Below are positions 1 to 13,336 of a DNA stretch of 64,000 nucleotides, piece by piece. The first letter of the stretch is position 1. Each line of letters opens with the position of its first letter. The position numbers and the translations under genes are program-made. The notes beneath the pieces are model-generated. The model saw only the letters and a program-made list of their open reading frames with translations, was not told the origin of the DNA and made no database searches. Origin of the DNA: Octopus vulgaris (lineage: Eukaryota); assembly GCA_951406725.2 (NCBI GenBank), contig OX597823.1:99820001-99884000 (forward strand), read 5' to 3'.

Positions 1-1175
1 GTCAAAGGAAGGCTAACTGGGAAGATAGTTTTTGCATGTGGCAGATGCTCGGGAGCATTAACCTCCGAAAATCTGCAGAAAACAACTTCTGTCACTTTCC
101 AGGGGTAAAAACTAGAAGTAGTTGATAGCTTCCGTTATCTAGGTGACCAAGTCAGTAGTGGGGGTGGGTGCACTGAAAGTGTAACTGCTAGAGTAGGAAT
201 AGCCTGGGCAAAGTTCAGGGAGCTCTTACCTCTGCTGGTGACTAAAGGCCTCTTGCTCAGAGTAAAAGGCAGACTGTATGATGCATGTGTACGAACAGCC
301 ATGCTACATGGCAGTGAAACATGGGCCGTGACTGCTGAGGACATGTGTAAGCTCGCGAGGAATGAAGCCAGTATGCTCCGATGGATGTGTAATGTCAGTG
401 TGCATACTCGACAGAGTGTTAGTACCTTGAGAGAAATGTTGGACCTAAGAAGCATCAGCTGTGGTGTGCAAGAGAGACGTTTGTGCTGGTATGGTCATGT
501 GGCAAGAATGGATGAAGATAGGTCTGTGAAAAAGTGCCAATCCCTAGCAGTTTAGGGAACCTGTGGAAGAGGTAGACCCAGGAAAACCTGGGACGAGGTG
601 GTGAAGCACGACCTTCGAACTTTAGGCCTCACCGAGGCCTTTGGAAATATGTTGTGCGTGAGAAGACCAGGCAGGAGAAGTGAGTCCAGCCCACTTATGC
701 ATGTCTTTCCTCCCTTGGACACACAAAGACCTGTTGAGGCAAGCGAAGTCGAAATCGAAATCGAACCTCATCTGACGACAAGCACCCATACCAACCTGCT
801 TGCGAAGACCTGTTGGGGCAAGTGAAATCGAAATCGAACCAATCCTATGGACCCCTGGACTGGCGGTACGTAAAAAGCGCTATCCAAATCGTGACCGATG
901 CCAGCGTCGCCTCGACTAGCTTCCGTGCCGGTGGCACGTAAAATGCACCAATCCGACCGTGACCGTTGCCAGCCTCGCCTGACAACTGTGCAGGTGGCAT
1001 GTAAAAAACACCCACTACACTCACGGAGTGGTTGGCATTAGGAAGGGCATCCAGCTGTAAAAACACTGCCAGATCAGACTAGAGCCTGGTGCAACCTTCT
1101 GGCTTCCCAGATCCCTGGTCGAACCGTCCAACCCATGCTAGCATGGAGAACGGACGTTAAACGATGATGATGATG
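1..1175 (+). mobile_element. 3' part of an RTE-clade LINE (defective): RT C-terminal region, 3' UTR and (TGA)n tail
   Basis: ORF 238-555 reads KGRLYDACVRTAMLHGSETWAV...LRWMCNVS...RRLCWYGHVARMDEDR, followed by GRGRPRKTWDEVVKHDL after a stop; typical RTE C-terminus. Premature stops. Ends ...AACCCATGCTAGCATGGAGAACGGACGTTAAACGATGATGATGATG. Confidence 0.88.
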
Positions 1176-1233
1176 TATATATATATATATATGTGTGTGT
1201 GTGTATATATATATGTGTGTGTGTATATATTTG

Positions 1234-1283
<50 letters not shown>

Positions 1284-1332
1284 ATTAATGTGTGTGTGTG
1301 TGTGTGTACATATGTGTATATATATATATATA

Positions 1333-3237
1333 CTTTCTGTAATTTCAGCTCAGAGCTGCGGCCATGCTGATGCACCCTCGTTTTGTGCTACACTGTTATT
1401 ACTAAGAGCCTCTTCTAATATGTGGCAGTTGGTGAAGAATGGAGTTTGATATAGCTGCCCTCATTTGCGCATCTTGCCATGAGGTAGTCTCATCTGGGAC
1501 TCTCGACAGGAAAAGGTCCAGCTTTGATTTAAAAACCGCTACATCTACTTTGTGCAAGTTTCCCAGACTCTTTGGGAGAATATTAAAAAGCTGTGGGCCC
1601 TTGAAACCCAGGCTGTTGCAGTAGCTGATCCTGAAGCGTGATGGCATTGCTGGGATCTTTGGCATCATGCAGTGTTGACCCATTCTAGCATTGGTGTAGC
1701 TTTCAATGCCAAAATTTGGCACAATTCCTTCCAGGATCTTCCAGATGTATATTACTGCATACCTCACCCACCTTTATTCCAGGTAGTAAAGTCTTAGCTG
1801 TTTCAGCCCTTCTTAGTAGCTGAGCTGTTGCAAAGAGACGATCTTCTTTGTGAATCATCGCTGGATTGCTTCAAGGTCCACTGTTAATTTTACACTGTTG
1901 GGTGACCATAGCTGGGAGCAGGAATCCAGGCGGCTGAGGACAAATGTCCTACATAGGACTATCATGGTTTCCTTATCTCTGGTTCTGAATGTTCTTAGGA
2001 TCCAGCCAGCCAGTCGTCTGCACTTTGCTGCCATCCTGGTAATGTGCAGTTGGAAAGAGGTATCATCACTCATGTCGATACCCAGGTCCCTCGCAGATTT
2101 AGGCTCTGGAATTGAAATTCCCTGGGGACCGGTGTACCCAGTAAGTTTCATATTCAATTTTGGATGCTGGTTGTGCAGGGCCTGGAAATTTTCACCATTA
2201 TAGATGGGCATATTGTTATCCTCAGCCCAACTTCTGCTGCAGATGTGCAACATTGATGGCATTCTGTATTTTCTGTGTAGCTAGCAAGAGTGGCTATCCA
2301 GGCTGTAGAGGGCATATATGAGAGGGCTACTATGAAAAGCAGTGGTCCCAAAACAGTGCCCTGTGGAACACTGCTCATTTGTATTTTCATTGAGGTGACT
2401 CCATTGGCCACCACTGTCTAACTTCTATCATTCAGAAAGTCATGTAACCACTCTCCAAGTTTTCCAGCTATCCTTAGATCACGCAGTTTGTTGTATATCA
2501 TACCGTGATCCACTTTGTCAAAAGCTTTTTGCAAAATCAAGGTAGATTACGTCCACATTTGATTTGTTGAGTAACTGCCTCAACACCCAGTCATAATGTT
2601 GTAAGAGCTGGGTCAGGCAGCTCCTACCTGGTCGAAAACCATGCTGGGTTTCACTCAGCAAGTTATTTTCTTCAAGGAATGCGATTAGTTTCCCTCTGAC
2701 TATCCGTTCCATGACTTTGCTGATGTGTGAAGTCAGAGAGATAGGCTTATAGTTTTTGGCATCTGCTCTACTTCCCTCTTTATGTATTGGGCATATTATT
2801 CCCTCCTTCGGCTTGCTTGGCAGTTTGCCATTTGTAAGAAAGCTCTGGAAGAGAATCTGAAGGGGTTTTGCCAGGGCTCGCTTACACAATTTGAGGAGGA
2901 TTGCTGGGAAACCATCAGGACCAGCAGTTGAGTTTGCGCCCACCTCATCTATGACTAATAGCATATCTTCTTCGCTAATGTCGATGTATTTCATCGTAAC
3001 TGCTTCACTGGTTATAGGTGAGGCGGGAAAGAAGTCCACTGGTTCATTCACTTGTCTGTGTTCGAACAGGATGGTAAAGACACTTGATGTTGGGGAAATT
3101 GAAATCACCCATAAGAAATATTGGCTCGATGACTATGCAGGTGTTAGGGGAGGCCATTCCATTTCTGTTGACTGTGGTGATCTTGCACAGTGGTGGGCAA
3201 GGTTCCTTGTTTGCGCTTGATGTAGCCAGGTCAGCTG
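1333..3237 (-). mobile_element. CR1-group LINE ORF2 pseudogene (endonuclease remnant + RT + 3' UTR), frameshifted and internally deleted
   Basis: Minus-strand frames give GPDGFPAILLK, NYKPISLTSHISKVMERIV, QHGFRPGRSCLTQL, DVIYLDFAK, SVPQGTVLGPLLF, GPQLFNILPKSL; APE motif IFLMGDFNFPN near 3090-3120. Confidence 0.9.
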
Positions 3238-3241
3238 CACA

Positions 3242-3292
<51 letters not shown>

Positions 3293-3639
3293 TTCTTGGA
3301 CATGTAAGCTCATGTGTGTATGTGAGGATGGTGTGTAAATATGTATGTAGGTGTGCCCGTGTGTATCTATGTGTGGGCAAGCAGCATATATTTATATGAG
3401 TGTGTGTGTGTGTTTAGACATGTGTAGGTATGTGAGCAAGTTTACTCACTGTTATATGTTAGTGTTTGTGTGAAAGGATCTGTTGGATAAAATGTGTGCG
3501 TATAGATATAGAGTTTATGTATGTAATGTTCTGTGTTTGTACCTTCATGTGTGTGTGTGAGAGCATCTTGTGTGTGTGTGTTTGGGCAGTATGCATGGCG
3601 GTGCAAGGTGGGAGAGGGTGATGGGAGGTAGGGGACAAA

Positions 3640-3830
3640 GGCATACAAAAACACCCAGGCACTGAGTTGGGTGTTGTTCACTTTCCATGTATCAAATCCA
3701 CCCAGAAGGCTTTCATTATCCTAAGGCTATATTAGGTGGCACCTGCCCATGGTGGCTGGCCGTGGAACTGAAACCAAGAGCACATACTTGGGTAGTGAAG
3801 CTCCCAGCTACACAGCCATTCATGCAACCA
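3640..3830 (-). mobile_element. tRNA-derived SINE fragment (family A)
   Basis: Degenerate reverse copy of the head seen at 52099-52451 (GGCTGTGTAGCTGGGAGCTT...GGTTTCAGTTCCAC...TGGGCAGGTG). Confidence 0.6.
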
Positions 3831-4799
3831 TGTGGTTTTTATTTATCATTGGCTTTTTGTGATTTTCATCTTTCATATTGCTCAGGGGACATGGTTCAGT
3901 CTTAATTTACATTTTCAGATTTGTCTTAATATCACTGAACTTCCAGTTGTGATGTGGTCTGTTGTTTTAAAATATTGATCCTATGGCTTACACCACTGTT
4001 CACTTTGAATAGCTTGGGTCTTACATCTAGGTTTTAGTCATATGTTGATTTTGTAAAAACCTCCGGCTCACAATCGAAAGCTACACTTATTTCATAGACT
4101 TCTACTGTTTCAGGTCTTTTGTAAAATTGGCTGTGAAAGTGTTTGTGAACTCTCCATGTCAGTCGCCTTCTTTACCTGTACTTTGTAGAATTTGGCAGCA
4201 GTGAGTACCTTGCTTTCTGCCAAGATTAGACTCACCTCCCACTCAGTGTTTATTCACAAAACTTCTCTCTCTCTCTCTCAAGACATCTTTGTCTCTTGTG
4301 GCTCTGCTAAACATTATACCTATTACTACTGAAGCAGGCTAAGTCCTAAACATGTCTGGAGTTGTCACCAAACTGCCAAGATCACACCCACCTGCCCATC
4401 CGCCCTCTCCTACATTGCTCACATTCCACTTTAATTAAAATCTAAGGGTTATCTCCCCTATCTTTCCTCACAAGACTTGATCATTTAACTGATTATTATT
4501 TCTCCTCTCCATGGTTGCACATTTAATCAATTAAAACTGATTGGTTCACTACATTAAAAATGTTAGCACCAACTCTGTCATGTTAAGTCTGTTGAGTGTT
4601 CTAGCTGCAATGAAAATGACTATTTGTAATTCCCGACTACTTTCTAAGTAGTCTTTGATGGAAGAAGTCTGGTAACAGTGAACCATCTTACAAGAGTTAC
4701 ATTCATGTCATCACTGAATTAAATGAGTGAGTCCGTTAAATGATTTATGAAGGCAATTATATTCTATCAAATACAGAGTGCGTTACTCTTGTGTAACAG

Positions 4800-4905
4800 A
4801 CATCATCATCATCATCATTGTTTAATGCCTGCTTTCCATGCTGGCATGGGTTGGACGGTTTGACTGGCTCCAATCAGGCTCCTACACCAGGCTCCAACCT
4901 GATCT
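4800..4905 (-). mobile_element. RTE 3'-tail fragment
   Basis: (CAT)n followed by TTTCCATGCTGGCATGGGTTGGACGGTTTGAC, the reverse complement of the tail at 1120-1175. Confidence 0.75.
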
Positions 4906-6789
4906 TATTTCAACTACAGTTGTTCCCCATTTGTTCTTAACTCAGAACTCTCTCTAACCTGCTTTCTCTCTGGCATTGCTTTTCCTTCTCGTTCAGTTTG
5001 CAACATTTAACTTTGCTCTTGCAGTTTGCAACATTTCTGAATGTTTAATATAAAAGAAATCTCTCTTTGATAATAACTCCTTCCAGACATTCTTTCTGGA
5101 TAGATCTATGTCCTTCTGGGTATATAGTAATCAATGTGTTTTGTTTATCTCTTCTCTAAATAATTTCCAGATTCACCCAGAAAGTTTTGTTTTATGCAAA
5201 GAATTTCATTTCATTTTATACTTTCTAATTCATTTATTTTTTTTTTTTACTGCTCAATTATTTCAGCTATTTCCCACAAGTCTGCATCTTTGCTTTACTC
5301 GTGCCAGTTTCATTTCAATCTTAAAAGCTCATATTACTTTGTAGACTTGGCAGTGTTAACAGGCCTTTTCTCATTAACCCTATCGCTTTCCTGACTCTTT
5401 TGCTTTGGTGTTGCTCATTTTTACTTCAGGAACTTTGTTAAACTACTTCTTACTCTGTGCAATTTATGCCTGCCTGTGATCTTTCCTCAAATATTATTAC
5501 TTGGCCAGAGCTAATCTGACCGATTATTTCCTTCAGAGTTATTCTTTCCTTTCTTTCTTTACTGTTGCCAGAGAAGTTTTGTTACAAACTGATACATGCA
5601 GTAATTAATCAAATTGTTTTCTGCTGTCATTAGTAAAGATACGTTCACTACACTCTCCATCTGCTGCTTCTCATTTCACAGATCAGTTGGCAAACCTTTG
5701 GCGTCCTGCTACTCATTTTCAATGGCTGCAACGATGCATTTTCTTTTGTTTTTGGTCAAGGATTCTCTCTGTTCCTGTCACTGGCTCATCTCATCTTAGC
5801 ATCTACATATGGTCTTGTTTGAGGCAAGATCATGCTTTCTCTCTCTCTCTCTTCATAATTGAAGTTTTCATTACCATTGAAAAACTATCCATACAACCTT
5901 GTTGCCATTATGAACCATCTAAAATTCCAGATGTATTCATCTTTGCTCCAGTTGTCTGTGAGTCCTTCTTGTCTTGACATTATTTGATGGTTGTAAACAA
6001 GTGATGTCATTTGTTTTCAATCCTCTGTGTAAAACATGTCCAGCCATGAGGTGGGGGTGGGGTGTCAGAGGCGGCAGCGGCAGTGAGAGTTGGCAGCAGG
6101 AAGGGCTTCTAGCTGTAGAAAACCGCTTCATTGAATTTTGCCCAATGCAAGCATGGTAAAATGGACTTTAAAATGACGACAATGATGATGCTGTGTCTGC
6201 ATCTTTGGGCCCCTGTATGTTTACTGCCAATAGAATGGGTTCTGACCCAATATATGCTTTCTGATCCTTCCTGATTTCACTTTGGTTGCAATGTCAGCCA
6301 GACGGTGCCCAATCCCTCAATCATCTTCCAATTATTTTGTCATTGTGACTTTTAGAGTTTTTTATAGAACTGCTTTCATTTACAACTTTTGCTTTCGTTA
6401 GGATCTTGTTGTATTTTTGGTTCATTGTTTTGATAGTTGTGTTTTCATTTAGAAATTATCTACATCAATATTTCGATGCTGATAATGCTGCTACTATAAG
6501 CAGCCTAACTGTAACTACTGTGCACTTATATAAATCTTCTACCCCCTTATTTCACACTGTGATTTTGCTAGTCTGCAATCCATGAACAGGTGGTCTCCTA
6601 ACTTAGCCATTTGTCATTTTGCTTCTGTGCCAGTAATTTGACAACGCACTGCAACAAAAATTGGCCTTGTGCCTTGTCAAAAGAAACTATTATTATTATT
6701 GTTATTATTATTATTACTACCCTTTCTCACTGTCTGTCTCACTATAACCTTTTCATCACTACCTCCTCCACTCTTAAAAGTTTTTGTCT

Positions 6790-7965
6790 TGCCAATTACT
6801 TGGTGACCATGTCAGTGGAGGTGCCACATAAAAGCACCCAGTTCATGCTGTAAAGTGGTTGGTATTCGGAAGGGCATCCAGCTGTAAAAACCTTGCCAAA
6901 ACTGATCTTGTCTGTGCTTGTGCCACATAAAAAGCACGAAGTCCACTCTGCTGAGTGCAGCTGTAAAAATCCCACCAAAACAGTCACAGTTTGGTGCAGG
7001 CTTTGGCCTGGCCAGCTCATGTGGTACTGCCCCCCCCCCCATGGTAGCATGGAACACAGATGTTGGTGAAATAAATACCGGCACTGGGTTCAATGTAATC
7101 AACTAGTGCCCTTCCCCATATTTCAGGCCTTGTGTCTATATTAGAAACAGTTATTATTATTAAGGTGACAATCTTGCAAATTCGACAAGCTTAGTGGCCT
7201 ATCAGCCATTTTTATGTAAATTCAAATTCTCCCGAGGTTGACTTTGCCTTTTATGTTTCCATGGTTAATAAAGTAAGTACCAGTCAAGTACTGGGATCAA
7301 TCTAATCAATTTCCCCTCCCTCCCCCACCCCATACACTGCTGGCTCTGTGCCAAAATTTGAAACCATTATTATTTAGTGGTTAGTAGAATTGGTAGAGTA
7401 TCTAACAAATTCTTTTACCATTCTTTCCCTTACATATTTTGAGTTTAAATCCTGCCAGTGATGTCTTTGATTTTCATCCTTCCAAGTATTGATGAAAGAA
7501 GACCCAATCAACCATTGACATACACTTACTGAACTGCCCCTTCCTACCCGAGAAATCACTATTAATATAAAAAGTGGTACCTGGCTGTATTGGGTGAAGT
7601 GGTTAACAAAATACCTTGTGGTATTTAGTCACATCCTGCCTAATTCAACTCTTGTTTTTCATGTTTCTGGGATTGATCAAATAAAGTCTTTGAATTGTCT
7701 ATGTCTCTTCCTCAGAACGTACCATTGTTAGAAATTGCTTTTACTGCAGGTGGGTAAGCTGGGCAGAATCCTTACGGTGCTGGACATAATGCTTAACAGC
7801 CTTTACTTTGGCTTTTTATGTTCTGAGTTGAAATGCTGCCAGGGTAACTTTTTTTGCTTTTCAGCCTTTTGGTTTGATAAAATTAAGCAACAGTTGCATA
7901 ATGGGGTCAATGTGACTTACCCCCTCCCCTTGAAACTGCTGTCTTTCTGCCAAAATTAGAGAGAA
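6790..7965 (+). mobile_element. cluster of degenerate RTE-tail and family-B SINE copies
   Basis: AAAAGCACCCA...GGAAGGGCATCCAGCTGTAAAAAC (RTE tail) at 6830-6900; several GAGTT(C/T/G)AAAT...GACTTTGCCTTT...ATAAAGTAAGTACCAG motifs separated by (ATT)n tails. Confidence 0.6.
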
Positions 7966-8041
7966 TTATTATTAAGTATATCACTGATAACAAGTATTTA
8001 TCATGAGTCTTCCTTTGATCACCCTGGCATTGAATAATATA

Positions 8042-8072
<31 letters not shown>

Positions 8073-9402
8073 TCTTTATTTTCACCTATGAACATATGCT
8101 TAGCTAGAGCAGCTAACGAACATAGTCTTCTAATTAATACTACTTTGCTACAGTGTTTTTATTTGTCTCATCCAGGAAGTCTATCTTCAGAGGCAGCTTC
8201 TCCATAACTTTTCTTCTCCCTCCCAGAGTGGATCTGCTTAGTAAGTCAGACCATCTAAGCTGGCTGGCATATGGAAGCCTTTTTTGTGGAAATAAACGAA
8301 TCCTTGTGGTGATTTCTTCTCTTCTATTGATTTACACGTAATTCTTCGTTTCTTTTTTGTTGTGTCTATTTGTGGCAACTCAACCGTTGCTATATTCTGA
8401 AGGAGTTACTTTTGGTACATGTGTGTGTGTGTTATACAGGAGAGAGAAGATTATATAAATGTCAGTGTGAATGGTGTGTGTGTGTGTGTGTGTGTGTGTA
8501 GTTGAATGTATGTGATGTATGTGAACAGCACATTGGTGAGCACGTGTGTGTGTTGTTGAGAGGTGGGTTATGTTATTTAACAGGGCATGATGGAGTGTTT
8601 GAAAGCATATGTATGAAGTAGAATGTGTGTTTGTGTGTGTGTAGAGGCAAGAATGTGTGTGTCTGGATGTGTGTACAGAGTAGCTCTGTATGCGTGTTTC
8701 TGTTTGTGTGTTAGTAGCAGGGAGGCAATGAGTGTTTATTCCATTTCTTCTGTTTCCTTCCCTCTTAGTCTGCTACATTCCACCATTTCACACACACACA
8801 CTCACCCAGCTCTTAACCAACATGTGCAGTAACCAGTCTATTTCGATCTGACCAGAAATAGAATCATCTGGCTAAATCGAGATGCTCCATACCACATTCT
8901 ATCGGCGTCGTTTGTGTTATGCATTAAATTTCCTATTTACTATAGTAACCTTTCCCTGCTATCTTCTTTTTTTTTTCTTCTTTGCTCTTTCTATCTTGTA
9001 TTCTCTCTCTCTCCCCCCCTCTCTCTCTCTCCACACATACAAGATTAATTTTCTTTCTGTGTCTATCTTACATTTTTTTTCTCTCTTTCTTTTTCATGTT
9101 TCAACTCAATTCTTCTTTTTCTCTCTCTTTTCTCTTTCCTGCTCTCTTCCCCTCATTCTTTATATGTAGTTATTTATAGACACTTATATGTCACAATAGA
9201 CAATGATCTCATCCTTCATGGCACATAATATTTCATCAAGCCACCCTTTTAATCTCTCTGGTATGATCTAAATGAAGGAGCCTCTACCAACACCACCACC
9301 AACAACATCATCATCATAATCATTTCCATTATTTCAAGTAGCAACTGCAACAACATCAATTTTATAGACATTTTCCCTGCTACTGCAGAAGTTAGATAAT
9401 CT

Positions 9403-9442
<40 letters not shown>

Positions 9443-10194
9443 TGCGTGCTTTTATTTAGGATTCTGTCATCACCAATAATTCTATCCCTTTTGGGTCACA
9501 CCAGAAGAACTTTTAACACATCTTTAACCAATCTCTGTCTCCTACCTACTTTTAACTCCCAGCTCCAATTCTTCATGTGGACACTTAACTACAAGTTAAT
9601 CTGAGCCTACCTTTAACAAAATTTACCTGTCGTTTGTCCAACCATTACATCTAAACTCCAATGCGTTCATTGATTGTCTTTATTTTTATGTAAAGAACAG
9701 TGCCATCTTCTGTTGCACCCATTATCAAAGACTCTACAGTAGCTTTGCTTTCTTATCTTTCAGAACATTTCTTTATTCTCAGTTGATGCCACTTAGCTTA
9801 GACTAATAATATTGGCTAGGGGAAGCTCTTTTGCTCACATTACCTTATCGTAAAGAACTTCACTGTTTGTTATCCAGCTTCTTATGCGCCACCTCTTCGC
9901 CTGTTCAACATGCAAGGTATTTGTCCACAAGAGAATGGCCTTGTTTTTTTTTATGATAGCAAAGTATTTTAAAGGAGCTGATGGATAAAATTCTTGCAAA
10001 CAACACAAAATTGAAGGTTAGCAAATAATGTATGGGTTGCTTCATCATAGTCTTAAGTTACTTTAACCTATCCTGCACTGTCTTTTTCCATTACTGTCCC
10101 TTTCTCTCTCCCCCTCTCTCTCTCTCCCTCTCTTTCCCTCTTTTGTATATACATGTATGTAAGGTCATAATTACACATAGATCCTCACACACAT

Positions 10195-10362
10195 ATATAC
10201 ACATGAAGGGCTTCATTCAGTTTCCATCTACCAAATCCGCTCACAAGGTTTTGGTCAGTTAAAGGCTATAGTAGAAGACATTTGTGCAAGGTGCCATGCA
10301 ATGGGACTGGACCCAAAACACTACAGTTGGAAAGCACAGTTCTTAACCATGCAGCAACGCAT
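10195..10362 (-). mobile_element. tRNA-derived SINE fragment (family A)
   Basis: CAGTTTCCATCTACCAAATCCGCTCACAAGG...GTAGAAGACA...CAAGGTGCCATGCAATGGGACTGGACCC...TTCTTAACCA matches other family-A copies. Confidence 0.75.
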
Positions 10363-13295
10363 GGAAATATTAAATAGAATTATTCTTGATAATTAGTGCC
10401 GGGCCTCTTCCATGTTGATGGCTGTGATATGGTCGTGCTTAATGAAAATAGATTTTCAAATTCTTATGAATTTTATTTCATTGACATGTAACATGTCAGA
10501 CATCACAACAAATTTTAATGCAACTATTATTTCTTATAATTCCTGTTCTGGAAAGTGTTATGTGAGTCCTAAAACTATGACAGACATACCTTCGTTCATA
10601 TATCACGGCAACCTGTTTAACACGTGTGCAAATCTAGCTGACAAAATTGCTAATAGAATTCAGGAGTAATGAATACCTTCTGGAAAATTTCAGCCTTCAT
10701 TAAGGCTACAACTGATATGTGTATATGAGGACACTAGAATATCTATTTTCAGAATATGCATTCAGTTTATTTTGTGTTGTGAAACCTAGACATTATATTC
10801 TAAACATGTTAAACATTTGAAATATTTTCAGTTTCAAAAAAAAAAAAAAAAGTCTGTGACAAATTTTGCACCTGTCTTGGAAAAAATATGTGAGGAATTA
10901 AAATAATAAAAAGCAGAGCAGCTCTGACTTTTAAAGGTTTTGTAAAGCATTCAATAACAACCACCAGAACAAAATATTAGAAAGTGTAGAAAATGGGAAA
11001 CCTATGGAAATGCATAGGGGGTAGTAATGTACTACTAACATCAGGGTGTTGTTGGGGTGGACTGTCGAGGACACTTAGTATTTGGCAGCTACAACACCAA
11101 GAGGTAAGGCAATGCCGGAAGCACTCATAGTGTGTAGGTTTTGAGAGGATTCAAAGAGAATTCACTCTGTACAAGCAGAGAAGGGCTTGCTTACCAAGAA
11201 CATTAGATACACGGAACAAAGCAGTCAAGTGATCACTGGTTTAGATAGAACACAAGGGTACCATCCAGGGTTAGCTGTCCCTTCCTTGTGTACAGCAGCT
11301 GGTCTCTTGTTGACTCCTGAAAATCTGAGATCTAAGACAAAGGAAAAGCCTGACCCACCTTGCAAGCAGTGTGGAGCAAGTGCTTGTATCCAAAGTCCTA
11401 TTTTGACAGGGAGAAGGCCAATGCAAGTGAAAGCATGATAAGGTCCTCACAGAAATTGCCAAAGTCAACTGACCTGCAGAGAGTTGTAGTCAATAAGCAG
11501 TAGATATCACCACCTCAAAATGTGAAATCCCCAAGGATAGGTGATAAGGCTTCTTTCTAGGCAAAAACAACTGTGGGGAATCCTCTTTTTATTTTGTATC
11601 ATGCCCCTGTCTGAGAGATGTGAATACACCTGAAGGGAAAACTTGCCTTTCTGGAATAGGTGGCAGTAACCTCTCTTTAACCAGACATAGTTCTTCGTGC
11701 CAAAAGCTCACTGGTTCAAGTGAAAGGTGGCTTGAAATTGTCAGAAATTTACATCTTGAAAGAAAATGGTGTTAGTTTTTATTCAGCACACACTTCGAAA
11801 TAATTTACATCAAACATTGACTATTTAAAAAGAAAAATAACAGGAGAATTATGAATATATAAGAACATATAAGAACAATATTTATATTCTATAAGTATTC
11901 AAAAGAACTTTTATATTTTTTTCCCCTCCTTTCTTTTCTGTGTTTCTGAGATTATATACTGTGCACTCTTCTGAACCAACATTTTTCTAGGGACATCGAC
12001 AATTGGTATTGCACACACACACACACACGTGCATGCACATGTAGACATAGGTCGATAAACACATGTAAGCTTGGACATTATTTACATAGAGTACAAAAGA
12101 TACAGATTGCAGAATAAAGATAAAAAGATAACAAAAGAACAGAATTATGCAAAGTCTTATTTCAACAGCTGTTTCAAGAGGGCTATAATTTACATGATAA
12201 ACGTATTCATATGGTTATCATGAACATGATGTCAAGGCTGTGTGTCTTGCAACAAGTCTCAATGAAATTGGTAAAGTAACTTGGCATCCCTTTCCAAGAG
12301 CAAGGTGGCAAATCCATATTTTTAAGCAATCTTCTTAGAGATATAAAGATTTAAAGACAGTAGAGTGGGGTTGTGAGGAAGGAGTGGGAAGAAGCGGAGG
12401 ACACAGTCAAATAGCAGAGGGGGCACAAGATGAAGATATTACTTGAGAAAAACCAGACAGAAAGAACAGGAAATTAATGGCTAGCTGTAAAAATCTTGTC
12501 AGTTATTGAACCAAAGCACTAATTTACAGACAAGCTAAAGCAGCTGAGAACAACAGGGGCAAGGAATAGAGTAGCATGGAAAATAAGGTCTGTGCTAAGG
12601 GAGTTGGGATTAGTAAAAAAAAGAAGAAAGGTAAGTGAAAGAGAATTTTAGCTTAGATGATATTAAATTATATGATTTTACCTAATGAGCAAAAGTCCTC
12701 CTGTAGAATTTATGCCTACAAGCTAAGGTTGCATTAAAAAATCAATTAAAGAAAGAGAAGTCTTATTTTGGAATAGTATAAGCAAACAACTTCCAACAAC
12801 ATATTTTACAGATGTAAAGAATTCCACCACAAGTTATCAGGATAAGGTATAAAGTATGTCTTATGTCTTGAGGCCACATAAGTGGATGGCAAAGTAAGTA
12901 GATTGTTTAGAAGCAGTTTTTGAGGAAGAGCTCCAATGTGCCAGGTAGCATCATTTGAAGTTAATTGTGCCCCAATGTAGTAAACTCTAGCCTGCTGAGG
13001 ATGTGAAGTCGTGATCTCACATTTCTACACAACATTCTAATGCAAGCAGTGGCTATTCAGAGGAGTATTTTGTGAAACTTGACAATTACAAGTTTTCCTA
13101 CAAAACTCTCTGAACTTTACCCAGTCAACTCCTATTCTAGCAGCTACACTTTCAGAGCATTATCTTCCACTGCTAATCCAGTCACCTATATATGTGTCCA
13201 TGGTTTGCGCTATATACACTGTGTGGAATTTCAACACAGCTTTTCTACATATCAAGTAGGGTGATTTCTCTGTACACATGCATGTATATACATAA

Positions 13296-13334
<39 letters not shown>

Positions 13335-13336
<2 letters not shown>

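Noticed and set aside
12990-13030. CTGAGGA followed by a TGTGA/TCACA stem as a hammerhead
   Set aside because: No GAAA after the stem; core incomplete.
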